From NCBI GenBank assembly GCA_036679645.1, contig JAZDCY010000042.1, positions 32,001-96,000 on the forward strand: a stretch of 64,000 nt of DNA, in the 5' to 3' direction. The notes under the pieces are model-generated. The model worked only from the letters and a program-made list of their open reading frames with translations, ran no database searches and was not told the DNA's origin. Shown piece by piece: positions 26,521-37,187 of the stretch. The translations under genes were made by a program, and so were the position numbers. The stretch's first letter is position 1. Each line of letters starts with the position of its first letter. The DNA is from Gemmatimonadota bacterium. GTDB lineage: Bacteria > Gemmatimonadota > Gemmatimonadetes > Gemmatimonadales > GWC2-71-9.

Positions 26521-28932
26521 TCAGCCCGACGCCACCTCCCGCAACGCCCGTCTTCCCGGCTTCTCCTCCACCTCGCCACGCTCTTCTTCCAGCTCGTAGC
26601 CCCGAGTGTAATACTGGTATCCATAGTACCGGTATTGGCCGTTGGCCCGGATATCGTTGAGCACGGCGCCGAGCACCCGGATGGGATAGCGCTCCAGCAT
26701 ATCGAGCTTGGCCTCGGCGAGTTGGCGGTCGGTAACGCCAGTACGCAGCACGAGCAACAGGTTGCCGGTCAATGTCGCCAGCACGAGCGGATCGATCCCG
26801 GCGCCGAGGGGCGGGCTGTCGATGATAATCACTCCGTAGCGCACCCGAAGACTGACCATGAGCTGCGACATGGGCCCCGAGCCCAGCAGTTCCGGGGCAG
26901 ACTGCATGCGGGTGCCCCCGCCGATGAACCCGAGATCGGGGTAGCTCGTGCTCTGGACGATCTCTTCTTCCGACGCGTCACCGTTCAGATAGTCGGTGAG
27001 TCCCGGTTTTCGACTCGCGCCCATCAGGCGGTGTTGCTCCCCACGGCGCACGTCACCATCGATGAGAAGTGTCCGATGCCCCGCGTCAGCAAACGCCAGA
27101 GCCAGATTCGCTGCGAGGAACGACTTACCGTCGCCCGGCCCGGGGCTCGAGATCGTGACGACTAGCGGCCCCGCTGCTCCGTGAGCGTGCGCAAGCGCAA
27201 GTCGTATCCCGCGCAGCGACTCGACCACCGGGATTGCATCCGGGCCCTCTAGCGCACCCTTGCGTGTCTTGACGTGCGGGACTGCCCCGAGAATGGGAAG
27301 GCCAAGGTCGTCGCTCACCTGCTCGGGGTAGCGCAGCTTGCGGTCAATGCGATCGAGGAGGATAGCGCCAGCGACGGCGGCCCCAAAGGCGCCGAGCACG
27401 GCCATCAAGAGCATGCGCTTGGCCTGGTCGCGCAAGGGCCGACGTGGCACGATCGCTCGGTCCAGGATCGAGATGTCAGGAACGGAGCTGGCCTCGGCCA
27501 GGCGGGCTTCCTCGAAGCCACTCTGGAGTCTCGTGTACAGAGCTTCTGCTATCGTCACATCGCGGCGGAGGCGCGCCTCCTCGATCGAGCGGGTGGGAAT
27601 CTCGCGCAGCTCGTCCGAGGCTGACGCAATCCGCGTATCGATCTCGTTCTCCCGAATGCGCATTTCCGCGATCAGCCCGCGCACCAGGGCGGGAATAGTC
27701 CGTCGCTGCAAATCGACGATCTGAGAGCGGGCCCGCCGCACCTCGGGGTTCGCCTCGGTGTACCGGTAGAGAAGCGCGCGCAGACTCGACCGCGCTTCTC
27801 CCAGCTCGCCGATCGCCTGGGAAAGATCCGCGGAACCTTGCGCGGCACTTATGACCATGAGCGCTTCGACCGATACCCCAGAATCCGCGTCGGCCAGCGC
27901 GCGCTCCAGCGCGACGCGATCCTGACCGAGCTGGTCGCGCTCCACGCGCATGGCGAAAAAGTTCGACATGACGGGACCCCGCGTCAGCTCGATGCCCCCA
28001 GCCAAAGGCGTTCCGCGCTCCGACGGCAGCGTGATCGTGGCGACGCGGAAGTCCTCCAGCTCTACTTCCGCCCCCTGGAGATTCGCTGCCGCGACCTGGA
28101 GCTGTTCACCCACAATCTTCCGCTGCTCCGTGAGTTTTTGCCGTTTGAGTTCGGCCGCGACCTCGACGAAGCGCTCGGCCGTCGCGTTCACCGCATAGGC
28201 GATCGTCGATGGCTCCGTCCCCGACAACTCCAACCGCAGGAAACTGCCATCCCGGTCGATGATCGTCCTCAGGTCCTGGCCCAACTGCAGGGCCGCGTCC
28301 CGCGGGGTGACGACCGAGAACCGGACCTTGATGCCGGGGGTCAAGACCTCTGAAGAGGGCTGCCAACTGAAGCCAATCTGCCGGCCAATCGAATCTCCCG
28401 CGTCCCCTCGATCGACGACCGACCCTTCCGCGGTGAGAAGCGTGAAGCGCTTCCCCGCAGCATCGATAAGCAGCTCGTAGTCACCCGGAGCGAATCTGTC
28501 CTGCAACGCGAGGCTCGAGAACACCGATGAATCCTTGGCCTGTGAGTACGAAACGAAGAGGTGTTGACGACGCACGACCTCATCGAGCACGACATACGAC
28601 CGCAGCAGATTCACCCAGCCCTGCGTCTCGAGCAGCTGCGCCGACCGGATAGGACCTCCCCCGCCGCGCTGCTGAGCCTGAATCCAGAGGGCTGCCTGCG
28701 CGATGTATTGGGGCTTGACCAACTTGGTCGCCCCAATACCGCCAGCTAGACCAAGCGCGGTCACAGCGAGTATGAGCCACTTGTACCGAAGGACCGCCGC
28801 GATATAACGCCGCCAGTGTACGCCCTCTTCGCCTGGCTCGTGTGCGCGCGCCACCGGGTATGACTCGCTCCATTGGGGAGCGACGGCCTGCTGCGGTTCA
28901 CGACTGGAAGGCGTCGGCAGGTTGTCAGGCAT
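26521..28932 (-). CDS. Wzc-like polysaccharide co-polymerase/tyrosine autokinase
   Basis: Two TMs and a coiled coil, Walker A GPGDGKS, LLIDGD, IIIDSPP, and a Tyr-rich tail YRYYGYQYY. Confidence 0.93.
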   Translation of the reverse strand: MPDNLPTPSSREPQQAVAPQWSESYPVARAHEPGEEGVHWRRYIAAVLRYKWLILAVTALGLAGGIGATKLVKPQYIAQAALWIQAQQRGGGGPIRSAQLLETQGWVNLLRSYVVLDEVVRRQHLFVSYSQAKDSSVFSSLALQDRFAPGDYELLIDAAGKRFTLLTAEGSVVDRGDAGDSIGRQIGFSWQPSSEVLTPGIKVRFSVVTPRDAALQLGQDLRTIIDRDGSFLRLELSGTEPSTIAYAVNATAERFVEVAAELKRQKLTEQRKIVGEQLQVAAANLQGAEVELEDFRVATITLPSERGTPLAGGIELTRGPVMSNFFAMRVERDQLGQDRVALERALADADSGVSVEALMVISAAQGSADLSQAIGELGEARSSLRALLYRYTEANPEVRRARSQIVDLQRRTIPALVRGLIAEMRIRENEIDTRIASASDELREIPTRSIEEARLRRDVTIAEALYTRLQSGFEEARLAEASSVPDISILDRAIVPRRPLRDQAKRMLLMAVLGAFGAAVAGAILLDRIDRKLRYPEQVSDDLGLPILGAVPHVKTRKGALEGPDAIPVVESLRGIRLALAHAHGAAGPLVVTISSPGPGDGKSFLAANLALAFADAGHRTLLIDGDVRRGEQHRLMGASRKPGLTDYLNGDASEEEIVQSTSYPDLGFIGGGTRMQSAPELLGSGPMSQLMVSLRVRYGVIIIDSPPLGAGIDPLVLATLTGNLLLVLRTGVTDRQLAEAKLDMLERYPIRVLGAVLNDIRANGQYRYYGYQYYTRGYELEEERGEVEEKPGRRALREVASG

Positions 28933-29138
28933 TCGTCCAGGTCACCTCTATTGCTCGGTCAGCCCGCAAAGGGGCGCAGTGAATAAGGTACACCGGTGCC
29001 GCTTGCAATATCCCGGCCCGGTGCTGGCCTCATCCACGCAGGCCTAGGAAAGATCTAGGCTTGTCGGGATCACGCATCCACTCCTTTGCGCTAAGGGTTC
29101 CCTTAGCGGGGTGATGGATTCTCGCGACAATCCGGGTG

Positions 29139-29156
29139 TGTTGCATGATGCCAACA
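29139..29156. promoter_or_regulatory. Candidate enhancer (TGT-N12-ACA) between divergent sigma54-like promoters
   Basis: TGTTGCATGATGCCAACA, with GG-N10-GC boxes at 29004-29019 (-) and 29273-29288 (+). Confidence 0.5.
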
Positions 29157-29377
29157 CCGGGGCATTCTGCCTCCGGGCCCATGTTGCGGACCCGCCTCAC
29201 CGTCTCTTGACAGACCTCCCAAGGCCTTGTATTTCAAGCCTCTCCATAACCTGCCGCTCGAATCCAGCAGTGCGGCCTGATCTCTGCGTCCCGGAGGCAA
29301 CGATCAAACCTAAGCCCCTACGCCGGACCTCCCGCCGTGGGTGGCTCCGTCGAGACCCCGGACGAAGGATCGAGCGT

Positions 29378-30940
29378 ATGTCCATTGTCGAGCGCGACGC
29401 CAGCTCTTTGCCAGGGACCGCCACCGCCGGCCGGCCTCTGGAGGAGATCCCAAGCCCGGATGGGGCGCAACTCGATCCCGAGGTGCGGGCTTCTCTGCGG
29501 GTCCTCACGATCGACGACGAGCGCACCCTCCGGGAAAGCTGCAAGATGTTCCTCGAGAGTGAAGGGTACCGGGTCGAGACATCCGGCCGCGGTGAGGAAG
29601 CGCTCGATCTCCTCAAGCGGCGGGTCTACGATATTGTCCTGATCGACCTCCATATGTCCGGGGTCAACGGGATGGAGCTGCTGGAGACCTCGCTCAAGAA
29701 GAACCCGGACACGGTCGCGATAATCATGACGGGCAATGCGAGCGTGGCGTCGAGCGTCGAGGCTCTCCGGGCCGGCGCCTGGGACTACCTTCCTAAACCA
29801 TTCTCGGCCACGCACTTACAGGTCTTGATTGGCCGCGCGGCCCACACCGTGGCCATCATGCGCGAGTCGCAGGAGCTGGAGGCCGCCTCCCGGCGTCAGC
29901 ATGGGCACAGTGACAAGATCACGGTCCTCGGCAAAGCGCCTGCGTTCCAGGCCGCCATCGAGTTGGCACGGAAGGTCGCTCGGACCGATGCTTCGGTCTT
30001 CATTACTGGTGAGAGCGGGACGGGGAAGGAGCTGTTCGCGCAGTTCATTCATCAGCACAGCCGGCGCAACAGCCGTCAGATGGTGGCCCTGAACTGCGCG
30101 GCACTCCCGGAGGCCCTGCTCGAGTCGGAGATGTTCGGACACCGCAAGGGTGCCTTCACGGGCGCGGTACGCGATAAGGCCGGCCTGCTCGAGGTCGCTA
30201 ACGGCGGGACGATGTTCCTGGATGAATTGGCGGAGATGTCCAAGCCCATTCAGGCCAAGCTCTTACGAGTCATTCAGGATGGGGTGGTGCGGCGCGTAGG
30301 AAGTGAAACCAACGACGCCGTCGTAAACGTACGGTTCATCTCCGCGACCAATCAGGACCCGGACGAGGCCACCAAGGCGGGCATTCTGCGGGAAGACCTG
30401 TACTACCGGCTTCGCGTGGTCCCCATCCGCATCCCGCCCCTGCGGGAGCGGCCGGAAGACATCCCTCTGTTGGCAAACCATTTCCTGCGTCATTATTGGA
30501 CGCGTCACCGCAGTAGGACCGAGGCGCAGCCGACGTTTTCTGACGCCGCCATACGGGCACTCAAGAGCTACCGCTGGCGCGGGAACGTGCGGGAGTTGCA
30601 GAACGTGCTCGAGCATGCGGTCGTGCTGCTCGAGCCTGGCACGCCGATCAATCCGGGCGATATTCCGTTCATCGACAGCGCCATGCGGACGGCGGGCGAG
30701 CCGGCGACCGCGAACTGCCTGTCTGTGGCGACCGAGGCCAGCCCTGACGAGACGTATCACGATGCCCGCGATCGGATCCTGGCCGAGTTCGAGCTGGGCT
30801 ACCTCACGCGCCTGGTCCAGCGGGCCGGCGGTAACATGTCGAAGGCGGCCCGCATTGCCGGCGTCGATCGCACCACGTTGTATCGCATCATGGAAAAGCA
30901 CAGCCTCCAGCGAGAGACGATTATGGTCGAGGCTGAGTGA
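29378..30940 (+). CDS. sigma54-dependent response regulator (NtrC family: REC, AAA+, Fis HTH)
   Basis: [37 protein letters not shown] and [14 protein letters not shown]. Start uncertain (ORF opens at 29111). Confidence 0.95.
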   Translation: MSIVERDASSLPGTATAGRPLEEIPSPDGAQLDPEVRASLRVLTIDDERTLRESCKMFLESEGYRVETSGRGEEALDLLKRRVYDIVLIDLHMSGVNGMELLETSLKKNPDTVAIIMTGNASVASSVEALRAGAWDYLPKPFSATHLQVLIGRAAHTVAIMRESQELEAASRRQHGHSDKITVLGKAPAFQAAIELARKVARTDASVFITGESGTGKELFAQFIHQHSRRNSRQMVALNCAALPEALLESEMFGHRKGAFTGAVRDKAGLLEVANGGTMFLDELAEMSKPIQAKLLRVIQDGVVRRVGSETNDAVVNVRFISATNQDPDEATKAGILREDLYYRLRVVPIRIPPLRERPEDIPLLANHFLRHYWTRHRSRTEAQPTFSDAAIRALKSYRWRGNVRELQNVLEHAVVLLEPGTPINPGDIPFIDSAMRTAGEPATANCLSVATEASPDETYHDARDRILAEFELGYLTRLVQRAGGNMSKAARIAGVDRTTLYRIMEKHSLQRETIMVEAE

Positions 30941-32070
30941 CACGAACCCGGTTGCGGAGCCCGCCGCGCGACGTGGCTAGACCGTACGTCCCTTCCCCGG
31001 CGGCGGACGACCCGTTGGCACAAATCGATTGTCCCCGTCTTCGGTCGGCAGCGAGTGCTGTGAGTGAGGCGTTTCGCAACGAGCACGGCGATGCAATCGA
31101 CCGCGATGAGGTAGGTCGGGTTGCGGCGGCGCTGGCCGCACGAGTTGCGGAGTTGTCGTCTGGACAAGAGCCCGGGGGCGAGATCGAGAAGAGCCTGCGG
31201 CAGTCGCTGGGCCGGTACCTGCTCGAACGCCTGCGCGGAGAAAGCGTGCGGACGTGGAGCGGCGACGGTGACGTCGCCGCCAATGAAATGCTCCAGGTAC
31301 TCAACGCGTTTGAGCGGGTGCGAGCGGAGATGGAACCGGACTGGTCGGATCACTTCACGAGTCGGCTGACCGGCCCCGGGGCGCTCGATCTGGTGGTCGA
31401 AGTGGCACACGACCTACGGTCCCCGCTCACGTCTATTCTGTTTCTCGCCGAGACACTCCAGCGGGGGCAGAGCGGCCTCGTCAACGATGTGCAGCGGCGG
31501 CAGCTGGGGTTGATCTACGGCGCCGCACTGGGATTGAGCGGGGTCACCAGCGACGTGATCGAACTGGCCCGTGGCGGTGAGCGGTTGGTGGATCAAGATC
31601 AGGCACCGTTCTCTATTGCCGAGACCCTGGAGTCGGTGCGCGACATCGTTGAGCCCATCGCCGAGGAGAAGGGGCTCGAAGTCAAGATCGTGATCCCGGA
31701 GGGCGATCGGCGGCTGGGCCATCCGTTGGCTCTGAGCCGGGTACTACTCAACCTCACCACGAACGCTCTGAAGTTCACCGATGAGGGATGGGTCGAGATC
31801 ATTGCGACCCCTGTGGAACACCATCTCACCCAGTTCGCGGTGCGGGACACCGGTCGGGGCATCCCGGCAGAGGCACTCGAGAGTCTCTATCTCCCGTTCC
31901 GCCGGACGGCTGCCCGTGGTGACTATTGCTTTTCGGGAACGGGTCTCGGACTCGCGATTTGTCGGAAGCTGGTCGAGGCCATGGGGTCAGAACTCGAAGT
32001 CGAGACCCAGCCGGATTGGGGCACGCGGTTCCACTTCACCGTCGCACTCCCCCCTGCTCCGCTGCTCTAG
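30937..32070 (+). CDS. Cytoplasmic sensor histidine kinase
   Basis: H-box AHDLRSPL, N-box NLTTNALKF, DTGRGI and GTGLGL; no TM segment seen. Confidence 0.92.
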   Translation: MTRTRLRSPPRDVARPYVPSPAADDPLAQIDCPRLRSAASAVSEAFRNEHGDAIDRDEVGRVAAALAARVAELSSGQEPGGEIEKSLRQSLGRYLLERLRGESVRTWSGDGDVAANEMLQVLNAFERVRAEMEPDWSDHFTSRLTGPGALDLVVEVAHDLRSPLTSILFLAETLQRGQSGLVNDVQRRQLGLIYGAALGLSGVTSDVIELARGGERLVDQDQAPFSIAETLESVRDIVEPIAEEKGLEVKIVIPEGDRRLGHPLALSRVLLNLTTNALKFTDEGWVEIIATPVEHHLTQFAVRDTGRGIPAEALESLYLPFRRTAARGDYCFSGTGLGLAICRKLVEAMGSELEVETQPDWGTRFHFTVALPPAPLL

Positions 32071-32302
32071 GCATCCCGTTGTCCACCTGATGTAGCGTCG
32101 CACCGACAAGAGCCGTCAGCCCACCACGCCGTCGCGCGCCCCCCACAAGGCGCGCCGTATCGTAAACACAAGCGAATAAACGGGTTGTGACAAGCGACCC
32201 GCCCACCTTGGCATTGCACGCCACTTGCACCCCAGCGCCCCCGGCAGGGATGCACCCTGCCGAGTCAGTCGGCGTTCACGACCCTCTAACTACGGGAATC
32301 AA

Positions 32303-33007
32303 GTGACATCAGTACCATTACGTTATGAACTGAACGAACTCGCGCGTCCGCGCGGCGCTGAAGGCTCTGGCGACGTCGGGCGGCGCATCATCAACGTAGG
32401 CGTAGCGGCAATCGGACTCGCGCTGGCCGCTCCTCTAATCGTTTTGGTCGCTGTACTCGTTAAGGTCACGTCGAAGGGACCGATTCTCTTCTCCCAGACC
32501 CGTATCGGGCTTGACCGTCGCGGGAGCCGCGACCGTCAGGGCCGGGTGTCCCGACGTGCTGGGGATCTCGGCGGCAAGCCGTTCAAGATCTACAAGTTCC
32601 GTACGATGCTTGGGGGGCAGCCAGCGGATGCTCAGGTCTGGGCCTCGCCGGACGACCCACGTGTCACACCCCTTGGCCGTACGTTACGCAGGTATCGTCT
32701 CGATGAATTGCCGCAACTGTGGAACGTGATGCTGGGAGATATGAACATCGTGGGACCTCGGCCGGAACAGCCTTACATCTTTTCGCAGCTTCGCGAGGAG
32801 ATTGACGGCTACCACGATCGGCAGCGGGTTCGCCCGGGTATCACCGGCTGGGCACAGGTCAACCAGCATTACGATACGTCAGTGGACGACGTCAAGCGCA
32901 AAGTCGCATATGATCTGGAGTACATCTCTCGCCGGTCCAGCGCCGAGGATCTGAGGATCATGGCTATGACCGTTCCGGTCATGATTGGTCGCAAAGGAGC
33001 GTGGTGA
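32303..33007 (+). CDS. Sugar transferase (small priming phosphoglycosyltransferase)
   Basis: [29 protein letters not shown] and [10 protein letters not shown]. Start uncertain. Confidence 0.92.
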   Translation: MTSVPLRYELNELARPRGAEGSGDVGRRIINVGVAAIGLALAAPLIVLVAVLVKVTSKGPILFSQTRIGLDRRGSRDRQGRVSRRAGDLGGKPFKIYKFRTMLGGQPADAQVWASPDDPRVTPLGRTLRRYRLDELPQLWNVMLGDMNIVGPRPEQPYIFSQLREEIDGYHDRQRVRPGITGWAQVNQHYDTSVDDVKRKVAYDLEYISRRSSAEDLRIMAMTVPVMIGRKGAW

Positions 33008-33891
33008 AGCTAAGGCGTCTTCCGACCCGGCTCGACTGGCTGAGCGCCGAGCGCACAAGACAGGCGGTTCCGATTGTTGGGACCGCCGTCGCCTTTTTGG
33101 TCCTGTTCTGGGCTCCCGCGACGACGCTCGTTCGGGACTGGTGGATGGACCCAGACGCCGGACACGGTCTCCTCCTCGCCCCGGTCGCGGTGTGGCTGGC
33201 GTGGAAGCGTGGGATCACGACCGAAACGCGACCCGCGGTAGCGCTTGCCCTGATAACACTGACAGCCGCCATAGTATTGCGGTATATGTCTGGGTTAGCG
33301 GCGGAGCTTTACACGATGCGCATCTCCATGCTCCTGGCGGTGGCCGCCCTCATCATCTACCAGTGGGGTTGGCGACAGGTCACGCGCTGGTGGCTGCCCG
33401 CCGCTCTCATTGCGCTTTCGATTCCCCTACCTGATATCGTCACGGGCACGCTGGCTTTTCCCCTCCAGCTAACCGCGTCCAAGTGGGGTGCGACGTTGCT
33501 GGAGTGGCGCCATGTGCCGGTCAACCTCGCGGGCAACGTAATCCACCTTCCCGGCCAGTCGTTGTTCGTCACTGAGGCGTGTAGCGGCCTGCGGTCGCTC
33601 ACGGCCTTGACTGCTCTCGGGCTTCTCATTGGCGGGCTCTTCCTCACAACTACGTGGGGACGCGCACTTGCTCTGGCCGCATCGATCCCGGTGGCAATGG
33701 TGCTCAATGCAGTCCGTATCTTCGTCACGGGCTTTCTGGTCTATTTCGTGAATCCCGAACTCGGCGAGGGCCTCATGCACTACACCGAGGGCTGGACAAT
33801 CTTCATCGTCGCGTTCGGCATCCTCGGCACACTCGCGTGGGCGGTTCGCCTCGCCGAGCGACGGCTACGCCCGCAGGTGCTGTCACCATGA
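33001..33891 (+). CDS. Exosortase (EpsH family)
   Basis: Multi-TM protein with the catalytic Cys in VTEACSGLRSL, N..R in LNAVRI, and His in LMHYTEG. Confidence 0.92.
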   Translation: MVKLRRLPTRLDWLSAERTRQAVPIVGTAVAFLVLFWAPATTLVRDWWMDPDAGHGLLLAPVAVWLAWKRGITTETRPAVALALITLTAAIVLRYMSGLAAELYTMRISMLLAVAALIIYQWGWRQVTRWWLPAALIALSIPLPDIVTGTLAFPLQLTASKWGATLLEWRHVPVNLAGNVIHLPGQSLFVTEACSGLRSLTALTALGLLIGGLFLTTTWGRALALAASIPVAMVLNAVRIFVTGFLVYFVNPELGEGLMHYTEGWTIFIVAFGILGTLAWAVRLAERRLRPQVLSP

Positions 33892-34526
33892 GGCGCCTTA
33901 CTCCGTGGGCGCCACTGCTACTGTTGAGCGCCGGCGCAATCTTTACCGTGGGCGTAAATACCCAGCGCGCTCTCGACCTTCGGACACCGCTGGACCAGGC
34001 ACTCCCCACGAACATTGGCGGAATGCCGTCCGATGATCTCACCATAGACGCTGCGCAACTCGCGGTCGCCGGGGTCGACAGCTACCTGCTCCGGTCGTTC
34101 ACTCAGCCTGACTCCGCAGGCCTGTCAGCCACGTTGTACGTGGGCTACTACCGAGAGCAAACCCAGGGACGGACTATTCATTCGCCCAAGAACTGCCTTC
34201 CGGGTGCAGGATGGGAAGCACTCGAAGCGCGCCGAGTCGCGCTTACCACGGCCGCTGGATCTGTCACAGTGAACCGGTACCTCATCAAGAACGGCGCGCA
34301 AACGGCCCTCGTGTTGTACTGGTATCAGGGGCGAGGGCGAGTCCAGGCTAACGAGTATGTCGTCAAGCTCGACCTGCTGCGTGACGCCGCGCTACGGCAA
34401 CGTAGTGAAGAGGCGCTGGTGCGTATTGTGGTTCCGGTGCGCGGCTCCGAGACCGAGGCGCAGGAATTGGCGGAGAGCATAGCGCGGGAAACGGTGCCTG
34501 CCCTCGCCCAAGCTCTCCCGCTATAA
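33888..34526 (+). CDS. epsI: EpsI family exosortase-associated protein
   Basis: LYVGYY..Q..G.TIHSPKNCLPGAGW, VLYWYQGRGR and ALVRIV. Confidence 0.9.
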   Translation: MRRLTPWAPLLLLSAGAIFTVGVNTQRALDLRTPLDQALPTNIGGMPSDDLTIDAAQLAVAGVDSYLLRSFTQPDSAGLSATLYVGYYREQTQGRTIHSPKNCLPGAGWEALEARRVALTTAAGSVTVNRYLIKNGAQTALVLYWYQGRGRVQANEYVVKLDLLRDAALRQRSEEALVRIVVPVRGSETEAQELAESIARETVPALAQALPL

Positions 34527-34645
34527 GGCGCCACCGGCTGCGCGTCAACGGCGCCCCTCTGATACTCCGCCGCCAAACCCTTCGAACAAAGAACCCACTG
34601 GCCGAGAGACGGGCGCTCAAGAAAGACCATCACGTTAGGATACGT

Positions 34646-36064
34646 GTGATGCGAACGAACGATGGCAAAGTCGGGCTTAGGCAAACATCGCCCGACGCAT
34701 GGGCCTTGTTCTGGTTGCTTCTTCTCGAATTCACGATACTCCTCATCGCTCTTGCGCTCTACAAGAAGGGGGAGCAAGGAGCCGCCACGTTCGCTGCCAG
34801 TCCCGCCGGCCGCGTGTCTTTGGGCGCTCTGATCATTGCGGCTGTTTCCGTTGTTGGGATTCGAACCCGCTACCGTGTGAGCCGCATAAAGATGTCCTCG
34901 CGGTTTGGGATGGCTGTAATCATGAACACGCTGATCCTCGTAACCGGCGCGCTTGTGGGTGAAGGAACGCTGCGCTTGTTGGCGGGGCCAGGTGTGGACG
35001 GACCGGAGGTGCGGGGCATGGCCTTGCTACCGTTGGATTGGAAGGCGGTCGCTGCTCATCGCCGATCCGCCTGGAGCCAAGCACAGGCGACGGGCTCGTA
35101 CCTCGTGCATGACAGTCTGCTTGGCTGGACGATTGCAGCGACCCGGACCAGCGTCGACAGTATGTATTTCTCCAGCGCGGAGGGCCTCCGCAGTATCCGA
35201 TCTGGGGAGCAGCTAGGATCGACGAGTGCAAAGCAACGCATCGCTCTGGTCGGCGACTCGTTTACGTTCGGGCTAGAGGTCTCTTACGAGGACACCTGGG
35301 GCGCGGTCCTCCAGAATGAGTTGGGCCCGGACGTCCAGGTCCTCAACTTCGGCGTCAACGGGTACGGTGTTGACCAAGCGTACTTGAGGTATGCGCGCGA
35401 CGTACGGTCGTGGAAACCGGACATCGTCATATTCGGAATCATCGATCACGATCTCGTCCGCACGCTCTCTGTCTACAGCTTCCTGCTTTTTCCGGAATCT
35501 GGCCTGCCGTTCGCAAAGCCTCGGTTTAGGACGGTGGATGACCAACTCCAGCTCCTCAACGTCCCCGTCCCGACACCCGAAAGCATCTTCGCCGCCGCCC
35601 GGATCGATTCCTTGCCGTACTTGGACTACGACGTGAGCTACAATCCTGCGGCATGGGGAAGCGCGTACCTACGTCACTCGTACCTCGCGCGCTTCATCAT
35701 CTCGCGATTCCCCCGCTGGCGCGTCCCGGACGAACGCTGGTCCGATGAAGCCGCGATGTCGATCAATCGGGCCGTTATTCGATCGTTCATTGAAGACGTT
35801 ACCGGAGATGGAGCGGTACCGATGCTCGTATACCTTCCGACGCGCTCATACTTCGACCCGACGATGGCTGAGTGGTCGGGTGAAAGCGGAAGCAGGGCGC
35901 TGAGACTATTGAAGAGTACGGGATTGGCGTACCAAGACATGAGTGCTTGTGTAGGCCAGCTTGCCGCAGACGAACGTTTCCTGACAAGACACTACTCGCC
36001 CGAGGCAAACGTGGCGGTTGCGCGCTGTCTGCACCAACCTATCCTAGAGGCCTTGACCCACTAA
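34646..36064 (+). CDS. Membrane-anchored SGNH/GDSL hydrolase-fold protein (putative polysaccharide O-acyl transfer or esterase)
   Basis: N-terminal TMs, GDSFTFG, NFGVNGYG and a C-terminal HYSPEAN. Confidence 0.8.
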   Translation: MMRTNDGKVGLRQTSPDAWALFWLLLLEFTILLIALALYKKGEQGAATFAASPAGRVSLGALIIAAVSVVGIRTRYRVSRIKMSSRFGMAVIMNTLILVTGALVGEGTLRLLAGPGVDGPEVRGMALLPLDWKAVAAHRRSAWSQAQATGSYLVHDSLLGWTIAATRTSVDSMYFSSAEGLRSIRSGEQLGSTSAKQRIALVGDSFTFGLEVSYEDTWGAVLQNELGPDVQVLNFGVNGYGVDQAYLRYARDVRSWKPDIVIFGIIDHDLVRTLSVYSFLLFPESGLPFAKPRFRTVDDQLQLLNVPVPTPESIFAAARIDSLPYLDYDVSYNPAAWGSAYLRHSYLARFIISRFPRWRVPDERWSDEAAMSINRAVIRSFIEDVTGDGAVPMLVYLPTRSYFDPTMAEWSGESGSRALRLLKSTGLAYQDMSACVGQLAADERFLTRHYSPEANVAVARCLHQPILEALTH

Positions 36065-36138
36065 CAGGACGCGCCGATCTAGCGGGAGAAAGGGAGCGCC
36101 GTTACTCTCTCCCACTGCCCGCCCGTCATTTCGGACGT

Positions 36139-37170
36139 TCAGGCACGTGCTGCTAGCCAGCATAGACACCGGGCGGCGTGATACGAATACATCTCCCGAA
36201 CGACGCGAAAACCGTCGGCGTGGCTATCGAGGGCCCGCCAGATGATGTTCTGATCCTCGTCGACGAACGACTCGGAGAGTTCGTTGTCCCCAAAGAGCCA
36301 CGCGACACCGCGCGATACGTTGTCTCGGAACAGTGCGGGTGCGCTCTCCGTTCCCAACAACTCGAGGGCCATTGGGACCGAAGCGTCCTGTGCCACTGAG
36401 TAGACTGGGTACCGGTCAACTACCTGCGCACGGGCAGCATCGTATGACCACCACCATTGTCCCAACGGCCCCTGCAGCCTGCACAGTACTTCGGCGCAGC
36501 GACCCGCGCGGTCCGCGGCGTCGGCAACGCCGAAGACGTTCCCGTACAGAGCCAATGCGTGGATCGCGGATGCCTGCGCGGGCAGGGTCGTCACGGCTTC
36601 CCGTCTGCGGAGCAGGCCGGTTCGTGCTCCCGAAGTGCGGAATAGCCCGGTCTTAGTTGCCTGAATGGCGCTGACGCGCCCATAAAGCCCATGCGCGAGG
36701 GTCGCTAGCCTCTCCAGGTCCGGAGCCTTGCGAAGGGCGTGACAGCAGGCTGCAAGTGCCCAGCCGAGATACATCGTTTCGGACGCCTTGGCGGGTAGCC
36801 GCTGAATGAGAATGTCGCCGAGTTCGCTGCCTCTGGTCCCGTCTCCGAGCGCGTCGGCCCAGAGAAGAAGCGACACATCCGGATACTCCAGCTCTGGGAG
36901 GTACTGACTGATCAGCCGCTCGAGCAATGCATCTGGATCCAGGGGGCACGGGAATCCGCGGCGGCGGACGACATACATGCTCTTCACGACCTCCGCAGTA
37001 TTCCTGGGACTCGGCTCCGAGAGTACGGACACACCACTCGCGTCTGAGGTGAGTCGGCGACTTAGAATCCCGGAGTCGGGCAAGAGGAAACGCTCGATGC
37101 TCGCGAGGCTGACCCGCCAGAGGATCGCTTCCCGGGAATCCAGACTCGGCGGGTGATCTGCCACTGCCAT
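36139..37170 (-). CDS. Hypothetical protein, probable (alpha/alpha) toroid fold
   Basis: LQGPLGQWWWSYD, YPVYSVAQD and WLFGDNEL; last gene of the minus-strand operon. Confidence 0.6.
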   Translation of the reverse strand: MAVADHPPSLDSREAILWRVSLASIERFLLPDSGILSRRLTSDASGVSVLSEPSPRNTAEVVKSMYVVRRRGFPCPLDPDALLERLISQYLPELEYPDVSLLLWADALGDGTRGSELGDILIQRLPAKASETMYLGWALAACCHALRKAPDLERLATLAHGLYGRVSAIQATKTGLFRTSGARTGLLRRREAVTTLPAQASAIHALALYGNVFGVADAADRAGRCAEVLCRLQGPLGQWWWSYDAARAQVVDRYPVYSVAQDASVPMALELLGTESAPALFRDNVSRGVAWLFGDNELSESFVDEDQNIIWRALDSHADGFRVVREMYSYHAARCLCWLAARA

Positions 37171-37187
37171 GTTACGAGACCGTCACC

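Noticed and set aside
34565..34710. c-di-GMP-I riboswitch-like GCAAA/CAAAC motifs
   Set aside because: The GNRA-capped P2 and the receptor arrangement could not be built.
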